DNA of 64,000 bases, taken from NCBI GenBank assembly GCA_951406725.2, contig OX597814.1, forward strand, positions 218,922,001 to 218,986,000, read 5' to 3'. The position numbers and the translations under genes are program-made. Below are positions 39,177 through 52,796 of this stretch, piece by piece. Source of the stretch: Octopus vulgaris (taxonomy: Eukaryota). Under the pieces are notes generated by a model. That model was not told the origin of the DNA and ran no database searches. It saw only the letters and a list, made by a program, of their open reading frames with translations. Numbering within the stretch: the stretch's first letter is position 1; each line of letters opens with the position of its first letter.

Positions 39177-40457
39177 TCATCATCATCATCATCGTTTAAC
39201 GTCCGTTTTCCGCGCTAGCACGGGTTGGACGGTTTGACCGGGGTCTGGGAAGCCAGAGGCCTCTCCAGGCTCCAGTCTGATCTGGCAGAGTTTCTACGGC
39301 TGGATGCCCTTCCTAACGCCAACCACTCCGCGAGTGGATTGGGTGCTTTTTACGTGCCACCTGCACAGGGGCCGGGGGGTCCGGCATCGGTCACGATCGG
39401 TTCGAGCTTTTTCTAGAGTTGAGTTGGGGGGGTCTAGCTGAGAAAGGTTCCACCAGTGGAAAGAGAGGGAGAGATAGTGGGGGGTGCAGGTAATAAAGGG
39501 AAGCACCAGTGGGGAAGGTTGGGTAAGGAGGAACGATGACAAGGAAAGGGTTGGTGCAGAAGAAATAAAAACGTAGGATATCACGAGACAGGGAGGGGGA
39601 CTGGAAGATATATATATATTTATATTTACATATATATATGTATGTATATTTAGCAGTTTGGAAAAAGAGACTGACAGAATAAGTACTAGGCTTACAAAGA
39701 ATAAGTTCTGGGGTTGACTTGCTTGACTAAAGGTGGTGCTCCAGCATGGCTGCAGTCAAATGACTGAAACAAGTAAAAGAATAAAAGAATACTGCTAACT
39801 CTGAGAGAACAATTCTGTCATTAGCTGTGAAATGGAGAACATCATGATTGCTGCACTTCTCTACTGTATATCTTCCACCAACAATGCCAAACAGCATAAA
39901 GCTATTTGGCATTGTCTAATAGGCTTCAGAAACATCGGCATTTTGAAGGAGGGAGGAAGAGAGAGAGTGTGTGTGACTAATTACTGTGTGGTTGCTCCTG
40001 AAGTGATGACTTGTAATGACTGCCTCATTAAAAATATTGTGCAGGTGACCCTTGCAAATTCACTTGAAAGCAAATTCTATATCCATCTGCTTATAATTGG
40101 TAGATAATTCTCTTAAGTGATACATATAAACATTAACAGTGATATTGTGAGTAAAGCATCAAAATTAGAGTAGTGCTCAACTATGGAAGTACAGAGCTCT
40201 AACCCTTTAGCATTTAAACCAGCCATTTCAGGCCAAAATATTTTACCTGTTCTATGTTCAAACTGGACAGACCCAGCCTCTCACACCTACCCTATAATGT
40301 CATTCTAAAAATAGCCAATCACGTCATCTTGAAGCTACAAGATAATGCAAAGATTACGCCAAGCAATGTGAATAAATAAGCATTACATTTCACAGAATAA
40401 TCCGAATGCCAAAGGGTTAGAATACTGGTTTTGCTTTCTCCTTCAGATCCTCATACT

Positions 40458-40685
40458 TAACCCTTTAGTGTTCACATTATTCTACCAAAATTAATGCTTC
40501 TTCATCCACATTGTTTTGAATTAATCATGCATTATCTTGTAGCTATGAGATTTTGATGAGGAAGCTGTTAATTTTTTAAACAATATTGTAGGGTTGGTGT
40601 GAGAGACCAGATAGGGCTAGTTTGAACATAAAACAGGTAGAATATTTTTGGCCGGATATGGCCAGTTTAAATGCTAAAGGGTTAA
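40458..40685. mobile_element. piggyBac-type MITE (TTAA-CCCTTTAG ... CTAAAGGG-TTAA)
   Basis: TTAA target and CCC termini. Relatives at about 2338-2514, 38121-38260, 40200-40419, 41935-42150 and 42989-43217. Confidence 0.8.
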
Positions 40686-41024
40686 ACAACCCTCTATTCA
40701 AAGGAAATTATGTGCATTTCTTCTATCCTACCCCATGACATGGTGAGTCCACTTCTTCAAAAGTAGAAACAAATATTTCTCTTTTCTATTTCAGTTTAGC
40801 AAGAGCAGTGGTTCCCAATCAGGGTTCACATGAGCCCTGAAGGTCCATATGACTCTATATAAGTCCATATAAGAATTTTAGGGGTTCATGTAAGCAAAAT
40901 AGTAAATTGGGGATCCACAGTAGTATTTTAAAGGTCCATAAAATATTTTGATATTGATGTATTTAATTGCAAGAAACAGCTAAGTTTCTTTCTCTAATGT
41001 TTACAGTTCAACCCATCCAAGTCA

Positions 41025-41920
41025 ATGTGTTGGACCCCGAATAATTATACCCAAGTAAATGCAAAAAGAGATTCTTGACAAGATCCACCAAGGGCATCTA
41101 GGAATGGAGAAATGCAAGCTCTGAGCCAAGTCAGCAGTATATTGGGTAGGCATGTACAAAGACATAGAAAAGACAGTTTCTACATGCCACATCTGTCAAA
41201 AGTACAGAAACTCATAACAAAAGGAGGAAATGATATCTAGTGACATCCCAAGAAGACCATGGCAAACTATTGGAGTAGATCTGTTCACAGAGGGCCAAGA
41301 ATGGTATTTGATAATGGCCTGCTACCACTCCAAATTTCCATTTGTGAGAAAAGTGAAAGACCTGACAGCCAAAACAATCACTACAGTGGCTCGAGGACTT
41401 CTAGCAGAGCAAGAAATACCAGAGCAGATCATATGTGACAATGGAACCCAGTTCACATCACAAGAATTCAAAAAGCTAGCCGATGAGTATGGGTTCAATA
41501 TTACAACCTCATCTCCAGGTCATGGGTTTATAGAAAGACAGGTGCAGACAGTGAAGAGAACACTAGTCAAGTGCTGGGAGACTAAGGAAGACCCACACCT
41601 GGCGCTGACAATCCATTAGAGTAAGGGAGACTACTTATATTTGTCTTCACTGCTAAAAGACCCCTTTATTTTTTTTCAAGAAGAAGGGATGTTACACATT
41701 CATATCTATGTGTATACGTAGGAATACGTGTGTAGAATACATCCCCACTTTTGGCACTATTTTGTTAGTGAACAGTACGAACTGTGTCTAAAGAAAAAAA
41801 TGTATCACTACGCTGAATGTTGCCAGTTCGTGTAACATGGAAAGTAAATAAACACGTAAACAATAACAATGGCTTTCATATTGGTTGTTTATCCCATTGG
41901 AACCCAAACTACACATAACA
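41025..41920 (+). mobile_element. Gypsy LTR retrotransposon relic: integrase fragment, PPT and 3' LTR
   Basis: IHKGHLGMEKCK...CHIC zinc finger, PWQTIGVDLF, CDNGTQFTSQEF. Purine tract AAGAAGAAGGGA, then LTR TGTTA(41690)...TAACA(41920). Confidence 0.85.
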
Positions 41921-43439
41921 ATAAAACTAGCTTTTACCCCTTTAGCATTCACGTTACTCTATCAAACGCAACACTTGTTTATTCATATTGTTTTGTATTA
42001 GTCATGTATTGTCTCATATCTTTGAGAGTTCGATGATATGATTGTTTATTTTCAGAATGACATTGTAAGATAGGTGTGAGAGACTGGATCTGGCCAGTTT
42101 GAACAGAAAACAGACAGAATATTTGGGCTGTTTAAATGCTAAAGGGTTAAACATCAAATGGGTATAGGGGTCAACTAGAATAAGATAGTTATCAGAGGGG
42201 ACCATAGGTAAAAAAAATGAGGTGGATGTTGGAGTTAAGAAGCACCAAAAGATGGATTTTGCCGTTGTTCTAGCATATTCCATGACCACCTTCCTCACTT
42301 CTTTCTCACTCTGTCAAGGATGAATGTTTTTCAATATTTTCTCCCCGTTAATAGCATAAACTCATTTATGGTATTAAAAATTATTTGTTTTGAAAATTTG
42401 ATTTTTATCAACCCTAAACCTTACCAGTCATGGGATAAGCTACAAACAACAGCCAAATCTCCCTTAGATCATCTGAAAATACGTACTTTTCTTTTTTACC
42501 AAAAAGGCTTCTCTTATAGTTTTTAAGTGCATAGTGCTCCAAAAACTCACAAAATCAACCAAAATCAGTCAGGAGAGGGGAAGATGGGGAGGGAGTTTAA
42601 AAAAAAGAGTTTTTCGAAAATTGCATTTTTTCTTTTTGTAAAAAAGATGCTCTAGATCATTTCCAATGGTACCATGAAAAAAAAATCTGAAAAAACCTTG
42701 TCAAAACAGAGAAATTCCAAATTGTTGGTGCTCCCTAACTCCAATGTCTGCCAAAATTGGTTGAGAACTACTGATCTAGAGCTTGAAGGAGAACATAATG
42801 ACAACACTCAATAAGCTGGTGCACAGCTGAAATGGTAACACCTTAAGGAGGCAGCTTAAAAGATGTCTCTTCTACCTTGGAAAAAAGTACAATATTCTCA
42901 TGTAGGTTTTTGAAATGTGAAGAGAAATAAAAGGGGGGAAAAAATGTGGTATCACAGCAGATACATGAACAGATATTTCCAGCATAGTTTAACCCTTTAG
43001 TGTTCACATTATTCTGCCAAAATTAATCCTTTTTTATCCACATTGCCATGAACTAATCAGGCATTATCTTGTAGCTATGAGATTTTGATGAGGTAGCTGT
43101 TAATTTTTAAAACGACATTGTAGGGCTGGTGTGAGAGACCAGATCTGACCAGTTTGAACATAAAACAGGCAGAATACTTTTGGCCGGATATAACCGGTTT
43201 GAATGCTAAAGGGTTAATGCTCTGCTCTTTAATTATATTCAAAAACAAACTGTATCCAGAAGAATTAGATACTTAGACATATACAAAAATGAGCAGAACA
43301 CACTTATTATAGTTAATTAGCATAAATGAAAAGCATATCAGCTAAGAGAAATAACTCAGAGTGACCAGTAGCATTCATTTGAACCAACAGAGATGACTAG
43401 AAGGATACTGATTACCAAAACACGATAATAATAATATAA

Positions 43440-43865
43440 TAATAATAATAATAATGAAATTATTGTATACAGTGCTCAGGTGCACCACAACTTGTCAGAA
43501 AGTGCATATAAAGTACATGCAGTAATGTAGAAATGTCTGGAAAGCGAACAGTGTATGAGTCAGATACATGCTTGTGTGTGTATGGAGGGGAGAAAATCAA
43601 GTGTAGTGTTGGCGAATCTCAGGAAGCATGGAAGTTTTGAAGGATGCAGTGCTCCGACAACTAACAACTGATGCCGGCAGTTTGTTCCATGCTTCAGCAA
43701 CTCTCAGCGTGAAAAAATGTTTCCTGAAGTCATGGGAGCTGTGCTGTTTTCTGACTTTGTAAATATGTCCACAGGTGTTAGACGGGTGGAGTTTGAAGAG
43801 GTGCTCAGAGTTATTGTTTGTGCGATGGTTGATAATTTTATGGGTGTCTGCCAAGATAACTTCTC
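43440..43865 (-). mobile_element. CR1-type LINE 3' end with a (TTA)n tail
   Basis: RKHFFTLRVAEAWNKLP; a shorter copy at about 2922-3048. Confidence 0.8.
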
Positions 43866-44266
43866 GATTTACGGAAACTAACTCCATTTCCAGAGAAGGG
43901 AGAACAATTGCTTGGCAACAACTGGAATTAACACGAAATGAGAAGGGGAGACAATCACAAGAATAAATTATTCTTCGAAACTAACGAGCCTTTTCCTTTT
44001 AACTTTCTGAGAATAAATCTCAATCTTGTAATGGATTCAGCAAAATATATCTAAAATTAGATTTGTTAATTCTAAACGTTTACAGTTTTCAAACGTTTAC
44101 AGGCGCAGGAGTGGCTGTGTGGTAAGTAGCTTGCTAACCAGCCACATGGTTCCGGGTTCAGTCCCACTGCGTGGCATCTTGGGCAAGTGTCTTCTGCTAT
44201 AGCCCCAGGCCGACCAATGCCTTGTGAGTGGATTTGGTAGACGGAAACTGAAAGAAGCCTGTCGTA

Positions 44267-44319
<53 letters not shown>

Positions 44320-46562
44320 ATGTGTTTGTGTGTCTGTGTTTGTCCCCCTAGCATTGCTTGACAACCGATGCTGGTGTGTTTACGTCCCCGTCACTTAGCG
44401 GTTCGGCAAAAGAGACCGATAGAATAAGTACTGGGCTTACAAAGAATAAGTCCCGGGGTCGATTTGCTCGACTAAAGGCGGTGCTCCAGCATGGCTGCAG
44501 TCAAATGACTGAAACAAGTAAAAGAGTAACTCCATTTCCAGAGAAGGGAGAACAATTGCTTAGCAACAACTGGAATCAACACGAAATGAGAAGGGGAGAC
44601 AATCACAAGAATAAATTATTCTTCGAAACTAACGAGCCTTTTCCTTTTAACTTTCTGAGAATAAATCTCAATCTTGTAATGGATTCAGCAAAATATATCT
44701 AAAATTAGATTTGTTTATTCAAAACGTTTACAGTGTATTTACTTGTGATCAGATTATTGTGAAAACAGGCAGCATTGCAGTGAAGATTTTTTTTTATCTT
44801 TGTTATGTGTGTAGTCATTTGTGCTAAGAATGTTATATATAGGCGCAGGAGTGGCTGTGTGGTAAGTAGCTTGCTAACCAACCACATGGTTCCGGGTTCA
44901 GTCCCACTGCGTGGCATCCTGGGCAAGTGTCTTCTGCTATAGCCCCAGGCCGACCAATGCCTTGTGAGTGGATTTGGTAGACGGAAACTGAAAGAAGCCT
45001 GTCGTATATATGTGTATATATATATATATGAATGTGTGTGTGTTTGTGTGTCTGTGTTTGTCCCCCTAGCATTGGTTGACAACCGATGCTGGTGTGTTTA
45101 CGTCCCCATCACTTAGCGGTTCGGCAAAAGAGACCGATAGAATAAGTACTGGGCTTACAAAGAATAAGTCCCGGGGTCGATTTGATCGACTAAAGGCGGT
45201 GCTCCAGCATGGCCGCAGTCAAATGACTGAAACAAGTAAAAGAGAATATATGCAGTGGTCAAATTAATTACATTAATTACAAACAGACACATTAAAAAAA
45301 AAATTGATGGAAGACGTTGGCAATAACACCTGGTAGGATGGATGTATCACTGCTATTGCTGGCAGTCGGGTGTCCATCACTGACAAGAGCAAAGAAGGTT
45401 GAAATTATGTGATCTGGTGGTCTCAGCAGTGGGAGTGGCGGGGATTTATTTCCCGTGAGCAATATAAACAAAAGTGCATTTTGCATCAAAAGCCTATATA
45501 AGAGTTTCTCTCAAAGTGACTACCACAGTATAGCTTGTTCTAATAGAACATCCACGTTTGAGTGGGGATAAATATTACCTTTTGCTAAGAAATTAAAAAC
45601 AATTAGTAATAAACTTGGACATGCAACCCTCAAAAAAACAAAAAAAAAAACCTTTTTGCACCTTATTCTTTATGAAATTTACAGGTAAGCTGTTACTCCT
45701 ATCATAAACAACATATCCAGATGTGCATGAATTTCAACGTGTAGGATACTTTGATATTAGGAAAGGCATCCTTGGCATTAGGATGTGTGTGTGTGTCTGT
45801 GTGTGTGTTTGAACACCCATCCGCACTTGACAATCAGTGTTGGTTTGTTTTACACCCACCATAACTTAGCAATTTGGCAAAAGAGATCAACAGAATAAGT
45901 ACTAGACTTTAAAAAAAAAATAAGTACTAGGGTCAATATCTCTGACTAAACCCTTTAAAGCTGTGCCCCAGCATGGCCACAGTCCAATGACTGGAACAAG
46001 TAAAAATAGGAGTGGCTGTGTGGTAAGTAGCTTGCTAACCAACCACATGGTTCCGGGTTCAGTCCCACTGCGTGGCATCTTGGGCAAGTGTCTTCTGCTA
46101 TAGCCCCGGGCCGACCAATGCCTTGTGAGTGGATTTGGTAGACGGAAACTGAAAGAAGCCTGTCGTATATGTGTATATATGTATAAGTGTGTGTGTATGT
46201 GTTTATGTGTTTATGTGTGTGTGTTTGTCCCCCTAGCATTGCTTGACAACCGATGCTGGTGTGTTTACATCCCCGTCACTTAGCGGTTCGGCAAAAGAGA
46301 CCGATAGGATAAGTACTGGGCTTACAAAGAATAAGTCCCGGGGTCGATTTGCTTGATTAAAGGTGGTGCTCCAGCATGGCTGCAGTCAAATGACTGAAAC
46401 AAGTAAAAGAGTAAAAGAGTAAAAAGAATGTTAATAAAGTAGAGGAAAGAATTAAAGTTTTTTCCCTTAGATTCCAGAGCTTAAACTGCCTGTAAAACAA
46501 AAGATGCGAAAAGTGGTTTGATTTGTGTAGTTTTAAGTAGTATAGGGCTGAGAGTCAGACAT

Positions 46563-46658
46563 GGTGTCATGTGGAGTGGTGTCACGTGGAGTGGTGTCAC
46601 GTGGAGTGGTGTCACGTGGAGTGGTGTCACGTGGAGTGGTGTCACGTGGAGTGGTGTC
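46563..46658. repeat. 15-bp minisatellite (GTGGAGTGGTGTCAC), about 6 units
   Basis: Seen directly. Confidence 0.95.
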
Positions 46659-48096
46659 ATACAAAATGCTAAGAGTTAAGGAAAAGACAGCCTCGTTGTT
46701 CGGAGAAAAGAGAACGTTTATGCATAAATGAAGAGAAAAGGAGACAAGAGAAAGAACTTAGAGTGGCCGGTGGCATTTATGCAAAAAATAAAAAATCAAA
46801 GAATCAAATCGAAATAGATGAACATCAATGGAATTTGTATTTTCGTGGTACCAGTGCCGGTGGCACATAAGAAAACCATCCGAACATAGCCGTAGCCAGT
46901 ACCGCATCGACTGGCCTCCGTGCTGGTGGCACGTAACAAACACCATCCGATCGTGGCCGTTCGCCAGCCTCATCTGGCGCCTGTGTCGGTGGCACATAAA
47001 AAGCACCTACTACACTCACGGAGTGGTTGGCGTTAGGAAGGGCATCCAGCTGTTGAAACACTGCCAGATCTGACTGGCCTGGTGCAGCCTTCGGGCTTCC
47101 CAGACCCCAGTTGAACCGTCCAACCCATGCTGGCATAGAAAGCGGACGTTAAACGATGATGATGATGATGATGATGATGATAAATGTGTTCCTAAGTATT
47201 TTGTTCTCTTTGAAACAACGTAGGGTAACGATAGGGCTGATGATGCTTACTGAGATAGAAACACACATCTACAGCCTGCTTCTTGTCTCCAGAAAATTTA
47301 ATTATCTTTTCTTTAATAGCATGTCATTTTTTTCAATTTTAAAGAAATTTTTATTCTTGAGATTATATACTCCACTCATTTAGAATTGGTGTCAACTGCC
47401 TCAAAGCAATTGTTCTACCTTTTCTGCAAAGGGAGTTAGTTTCAACAAACCAAGAATTTAGCATGAAAGATATTTGATACACCATTATTCATCTCTTTGA
47501 AGGCGGCGAGCTGGCAGAATTGTTAGCATGCCAGGTGAAATTTTTAGTGGTATTTTGTCTGTCTTTATGCTCTGAGTTCGTCGATCTAATTGACTGGCCC
47601 CCTAATTTCAGGCCTTGTGCCAATAGTAGAAAGGATTATTCATCTCTTTGTTAACACAAGCTTTGATTTGCTTATTTTTCTTTTGGGTCATTGTTTTTAG
47701 CCATTTAACTGTTGCCACGTCGGGACATTGCTTTCTAATATACAGAGTTGATTACACTGACTGTAGTTCTTACGTTAATGGCTCTGGTAACGGTGAAAGG
47801 CAAAGTAAACTTGGTAGTGTTTAAATTCTGAATGTAAAGTAAGTAGCCATAAAGTATTTTCTTCAAAGCGGTATCAATTATTCCATTTACCATATTGTGC
47901 ATTTACTAAAAAAACAATTCTTTAAACAATTCAGTAAAATAGTAAGAATTGGGTTGTAAAATGGAAATACTGGCATGGCTGTGAGGTATGAAGCTTGTTT
48001 CTCAACCACATAGTTTCATGTTCAATCCCACTGTGTGGCACCTTAAGCAAGTGTCTTCTACTATAACCTCTGGTTGACCAAAGTTTTATGAGTGGA

Positions 48097-48728
48097 CTAG
48101 CAGAATTGCCCGGCGTTGCTCGGGGCTGAATTGCTTGAAAGTACTGTTAATGATTGCACTGAATTATGATGATTATTCAGGCAAATATTGATATAAGTTT
48201 ACGGTGGGAGATAAGGACTTAACGATCAAACGTGTGCCATTTGATCGTTTTGGGGGAACCAAATTTCTGATGAGCATTATAGGGGCACCAACTTTAAGTT
48301 TGAGAAAGTGTGGTGGTAGTCCGGGGTGCTCAAAGTGCACACCAACACACACACACACCCACGTTAGCTTACAATTTTATTTATATATTTGCGTGTCTAT
48401 GTGTGTAAGAGGAAGTGGGAATGCAGAGTGAAAGAGTCAGTCATTACAAAAAGTGAATTACTTTCACTTTATTCGTTGCACACTGTGTGTGTGCGTGTGC
48501 ACGTTCTGTAGCCCACACTAAGAATAGCATTTGACTCATACACCACAATGTGAGTTTTCTCTAAATTTTGCTTAATTGGGGTTGAAATTTTAAAAAGTGG
48601 ACCTGGCAAGACCCGATGCATTCTACTCTTAAAAATGCTAGGTAAATTGTAATTGAAGAAATCCTATATTGTAGATTTCTATAAGATACAAAGGGAGGCA
48701 GATAAAATCTGCCTTTTATAATAAGAGA
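48097..48728 (-). mobile_element. Helitron derivative with a PIF1-helicase fragment, nested in a SINE
   Basis: On -: TC start, hairpin and CTAG end, A|T target. PGLPPHFLKLKVGAPIMLIRNL..NGTRLIV. Confidence 0.88.
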
Positions 48729-48774
48729 TTCAGTAGATGGAAACTGAAAAAAGTCTGTTATATATATATATATA

Positions 48775-48960
48775 TGCTAGATTGGTAGCCACTACACACA
48801 TTTTTTTTCTCTCCTTGTTTTTTTCTGTGTCCCTTTCTGTAGAAGAGCATAGGCTCGAAACGTAAAAGACTTTTTCAGTTCCTGAGCATTATACTAATAC
48901 ATCTGTTTGTTTTGTACACCACCTGTCTTCGTCTTTTGTTTTTTTCGTGAACTCTCCCCT
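48775..48960 (+). mobile_element. Short element in (TA)n with a variant hammerhead-like motif (48833-48868)
   Basis: CTTT-CTGTAGAA-GAGC-atag-GCTC-GAAA-CG-TA-AAAG. Decayed relatives near 19190-19235 and 30875-30920. Confidence 0.55.
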
Positions 48961-49553
48961 TATATATATATATATAAATAAAATGAATAAAATAGCAAAA
49001 CTTGAATATTCCTAAAGATATTATTGTTGCTAATATTATCTATGGTAAATATAAGTAATTGATACTATCAGCAACAAAAATATAGATAATTAACAGGTAT
49101 TGAATAGCGTTAAATAGCTCTAAAATTTTAAAATTAGCATTAAACATCAGGACATTCATACGTCAGGCCCGTTACAAATAGGAGTTAAAACCCCAAATTG
49201 AACCACTGAAAAACTGAGAAGTAAGACAGAAGACAAACATAAGCGGGGCCAAATGGTTAAAAAATTTAACATCTACCTTTGTAGATAATGTTACTCAGAT
49301 ATACATATGTGTATGTGTGTCTTTGTGTCTATGTTTGTTTGCTCACCACTGCTTGACAACCAGTACTGGTGGTGTTTACATACACGTAACTTGGTGGTTC
49401 AGCAAATGGGACTAATGCAATAGGTACAATTCTTTAAAAAATAAGTCCAGAGGTCGATTTGTTCAACTAAAGTCCTTAAAGACAGTGCCCCAGTATGGCC
49501 ACAGTCAAATGACGAAAACAAATAAAAGATAAAAAATAAAATGTATTTCTTAC

Positions 49554-49673
49554 CTCCATCACAAACTGACCAGCGTAAGTGCCTGTCATAGTAGAGCTTT
49601 GACCAGCAGCTAGAATTCCAACAGCCCATATATACATAGCAGCTTGACCAAATTTACAGCCTAAAAACTTGCC
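49554..49673 (-). CDS. SLC11A2-like: NRAMP/DMT1 exon (TM8 and consensus transport motif)
   Basis: [40 protein letters not shown]; 120 nt, AG/GT flanked. Confidence 0.96.
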
Positions 49674-51369
49674 CTACGGAAAAATAAAACAGGTTTAAGT
49701 CCATACATAAATACATATCTTTAACTTTACAATCAATGTAGTTAACAGTGTGGCCTGATTGCGAAGAGTCACTGTTTGACACAATGTAGAATGACAATTT
49801 TTTTATATTTTTCATATTGGCTCAAAATCTCAAAAATTGTAAGGAAGTGATTCAATTTTGTTTTTAATCATTTCATCAGGAAGAAATTTAAGTGTCTATA
49901 ACTCTTTACAGGGTTTCTGAGAGGTGGGAGATAGGAAGGTATCCTCAAACTAAAGATTAGTGCTCTGAATGCTTGTAGCAGAAGGGACTCAACTATTGAC
50001 ACCCAAGAATGTATCCAATGTTAGGTATAAAAGTATAAAATGATGTGATATAAAATAACAACAAAATAGAGAAATATAAAAATTACAAGAATATATACAA
50101 TGTTAGAAAATGTAAAAAAAAAATCAGAAAAAAATTAAATCATAATATGACAGGATCAGCGTTTATATTGTGTGGTTGAAAATATGTTTATTATGGGGAA
50201 TAATGATGGGGGAAGCACTCCGTCGTTTACGACGACGAGGGTTCCGGTTGATCCGATCAACGGAACAGCCTGCTCGTGAAATTAACGTGTAATTGGCTGA
50301 GCACTCCACAGACACGTGTACCCTTAACGCAGTTCTCGGGGATATTCAGCGTGACACAGAGAGTGACAAGGCCGGCCCTTTGAAATACAGGTACAACAGA
50401 AACAGGAAGTAAGAGTGAGAGAAAGTTGTGGTGAAAGAGTACAGCAGGGATCACCACCATCCCCTGCCGGAGCCTCGTGGAGCTTTTAGGTGTTTTCACT
50501 CAATAAACACTCACAACGCCCGGTCTGGGAATCGAAACCGCGATCCTACGACCGCGAGTCCGCTGCCCTAACCACTGGGCCATTGCACCTCCACTGGAAT
50601 AATGATAGAGCATATAAGGTATGCTGATAAATCATATATGATCAAATGATGATTAGCAGATGGAAGATTAAATCAGGATCATATGAGCTTAGCTTAAGGA
50701 ATGAAATTTAATTAACTAAATAGTGTGTTGTTGTGAAATAGTCTCAATGTCAAGGAATGATGTTGAATTTTAAGATATTAAGATTTAAGGTATACCACAA
50801 AAAGAAAAAAATCAATCTTACATGTTAAACATCTGTTAACAGAAATTTGAAAAAAAATCATTGTTGCATGAGATTCAAAAGGAAAAATAAGCTACACAGT
50901 TTATATTGTTTGCAAACCACAGCTGTCCAGATAAATTAACCATCTTGAAGATATTGATTTCTTTTGCATAGACACTAAGTTTTTGGGATAAAAAAAAAAC
51001 CATAACTGATTGAATTGATTATAGAGTAATAAAAGTACACATTTTACAAATCTGTGAGATAAGAGGTAAAGTCAGACTAAACTGAATTTGAAATCAGAAC
51101 ACATGGACGCAAGATTGAGTACTACAATAGAAACAGTTCAGTTCTAAAACTTGCTTGTAGAAAACAGAATGCCTCTTCTCATTCTTTGATAATGGACTCA
51201 GTCCAAAACATTATACTTTCTTAATCATGGACCATTTTTTTGTTTTCAATAATCTGCTATGGCTGCAGCATATGTAATCCAAAATGTTACAAAGGATATC
51301 ATTAAAGTTATTCAAGCTACATAGGATCACAGCTTTATTAGATCTTTAAAAAACTACATACCATTATTT

Positions 51370-51938
51370 GACCCTGAAACCTCCTACCGCTCTATGTCAC
51401 GCTGGTGAGACCCATGTTGGAGTAGGGGATTCATGCCTCTTCTCCTGATCTCCTCAAAGACATACAGCATCTCGAAAGAGTCCAGAAGCTGGCTACCCAC
51501 ATGGTTCTTGGTCTCAAGCATTTGTCTTATGAAGAAAGGCTGAAGACGCTCGACCTTTATTCTCTAGAAAGCGCCGCCGCCATGGTGATCTCATTCTTGC
51601 TCACAACATCATAAGCGGAAAGTGTAACCTCTCGAAGGAGCTGTTCTTCACTCCTGCTCCAGAGCGTCGGCTGCGGGGTCACTCTGAAAAGCTCTATCTG
51701 CGACGATTTCATCTCAATCGAAGGAGAGGGGCTTTCTCCGTCCGGGTTGCAAATCCGTGGAACAAGCTGCCGGACGAGATGGTGAAGATGCCGACAACCG
51801 CTCGGTTCAAAGTCTCCCTTGACCACAAGTGACCTGAACTCTTTACATGAACACCACCCTGTATATAACTCCATGTCCCCCTACATGGCCTTGCTTTTTG
51901 GTTTTTGAGCCAAAAAATTAACTAACTAACTAACTAAC
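51370..51938 (+). mobile_element. CR1/L2 LINE 3' end with a (TAAC)n tail
   Basis: LERVQKLATHMVLGLKHLSYEERLKTLDL...FSVRVANPWNKLP. Confidence 0.8.
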
Positions 51939-52066
51939 AGTAGAAGCATCTCAAAAAAATCTATACAGCTTACCAGGTTGAAAAAATAACTCATGTTAGT
52001 ATATAGAAAAAATAGAAATATGTCAAAACTGAATGTTTTTCAATAAAAGTAGAATATTTTACTCAC

Positions 52067-52099
52067 ACCACGCAGAATATCAACTTGAGGGTCTGTTGT
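52067..52099 (-). CDS. SLC11A2-like: NRAMP mini-exon TTDPQVDILRG (33 nt)
   Basis: ttttcttttcAG|...|GTgagt; aligns with DMT1 'LAVDIYKG' just before TM8. Confidence 0.85.
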
Positions 52100-52754
52100 C
52101 TGAAAAGAAAAACATAAGTATTAAAGATAAGAGAACAAGATATCACTATTATTTATTATTATTATTATTATTATTGAGTGAGAGAGCAGTACATGTCATC
52201 AAAGTGACACTGGGGTACAAATATACAAAGCCCAGTATACCTATCATGATTACCCCTCTGATAAGGGTACACCAGGTACTTGCATCACAACCATGCACAA
52301 TATGGTGATCTCATATCAAGATAAACAGTGCATTACCTTGCAGGTGGGGTCCAGTTAGAATTTTCTTCAGGTCAATTAGTCCATCCTACTCAAAAGGTCC
52401 CTGAATAAGGTTTCTTTATGGATGATGAATGAAACACCCATATTTCCAGAGGTGAATTATTCAAATCCTTAAAGAATCCCTCTCAACACATGGCTATGAT
52501 GCTCCCCCACTACTTCTGCTCGTGATCAGAGATGCACATATCATCAGCCATTAAGGGACATGCTCAACTGGTTAAGGTCAAACAACTGACAAGCAAATCT
52601 GTGGTATTGGGCAGAATATTTGCTGTAGCCCATCTTTTATACCAAGACAAAATAATGTACATGATAACACTTCCAATCAGTTAAGATCAAAAACCATGAG
52701 AGTCACTGCCTGGTACTGCATCAGGGCATTCATTGTTATTATTGTTATTATTAC

Positions 52755-52796
<42 letters not shown>

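Noticed and set aside
40806-42773. Possible hAT element (CAGTGGTTCCCAA ... TTGAGAACTACTG) enclosing the Gypsy relic
   Set aside because: TIRs are imperfect and the 8-bp flanks do not match, so the ends may belong to different elements.
46563-46658. Regular repeat resembling a CRISPR array
   Set aside because: Head-to-tail 15-mers with no spacers, in eukaryotic DNA.
50500-50593. tRNA-like sequence on -
   Set aside because: Head of a multi-copy SINE, continuous with the SINE body.
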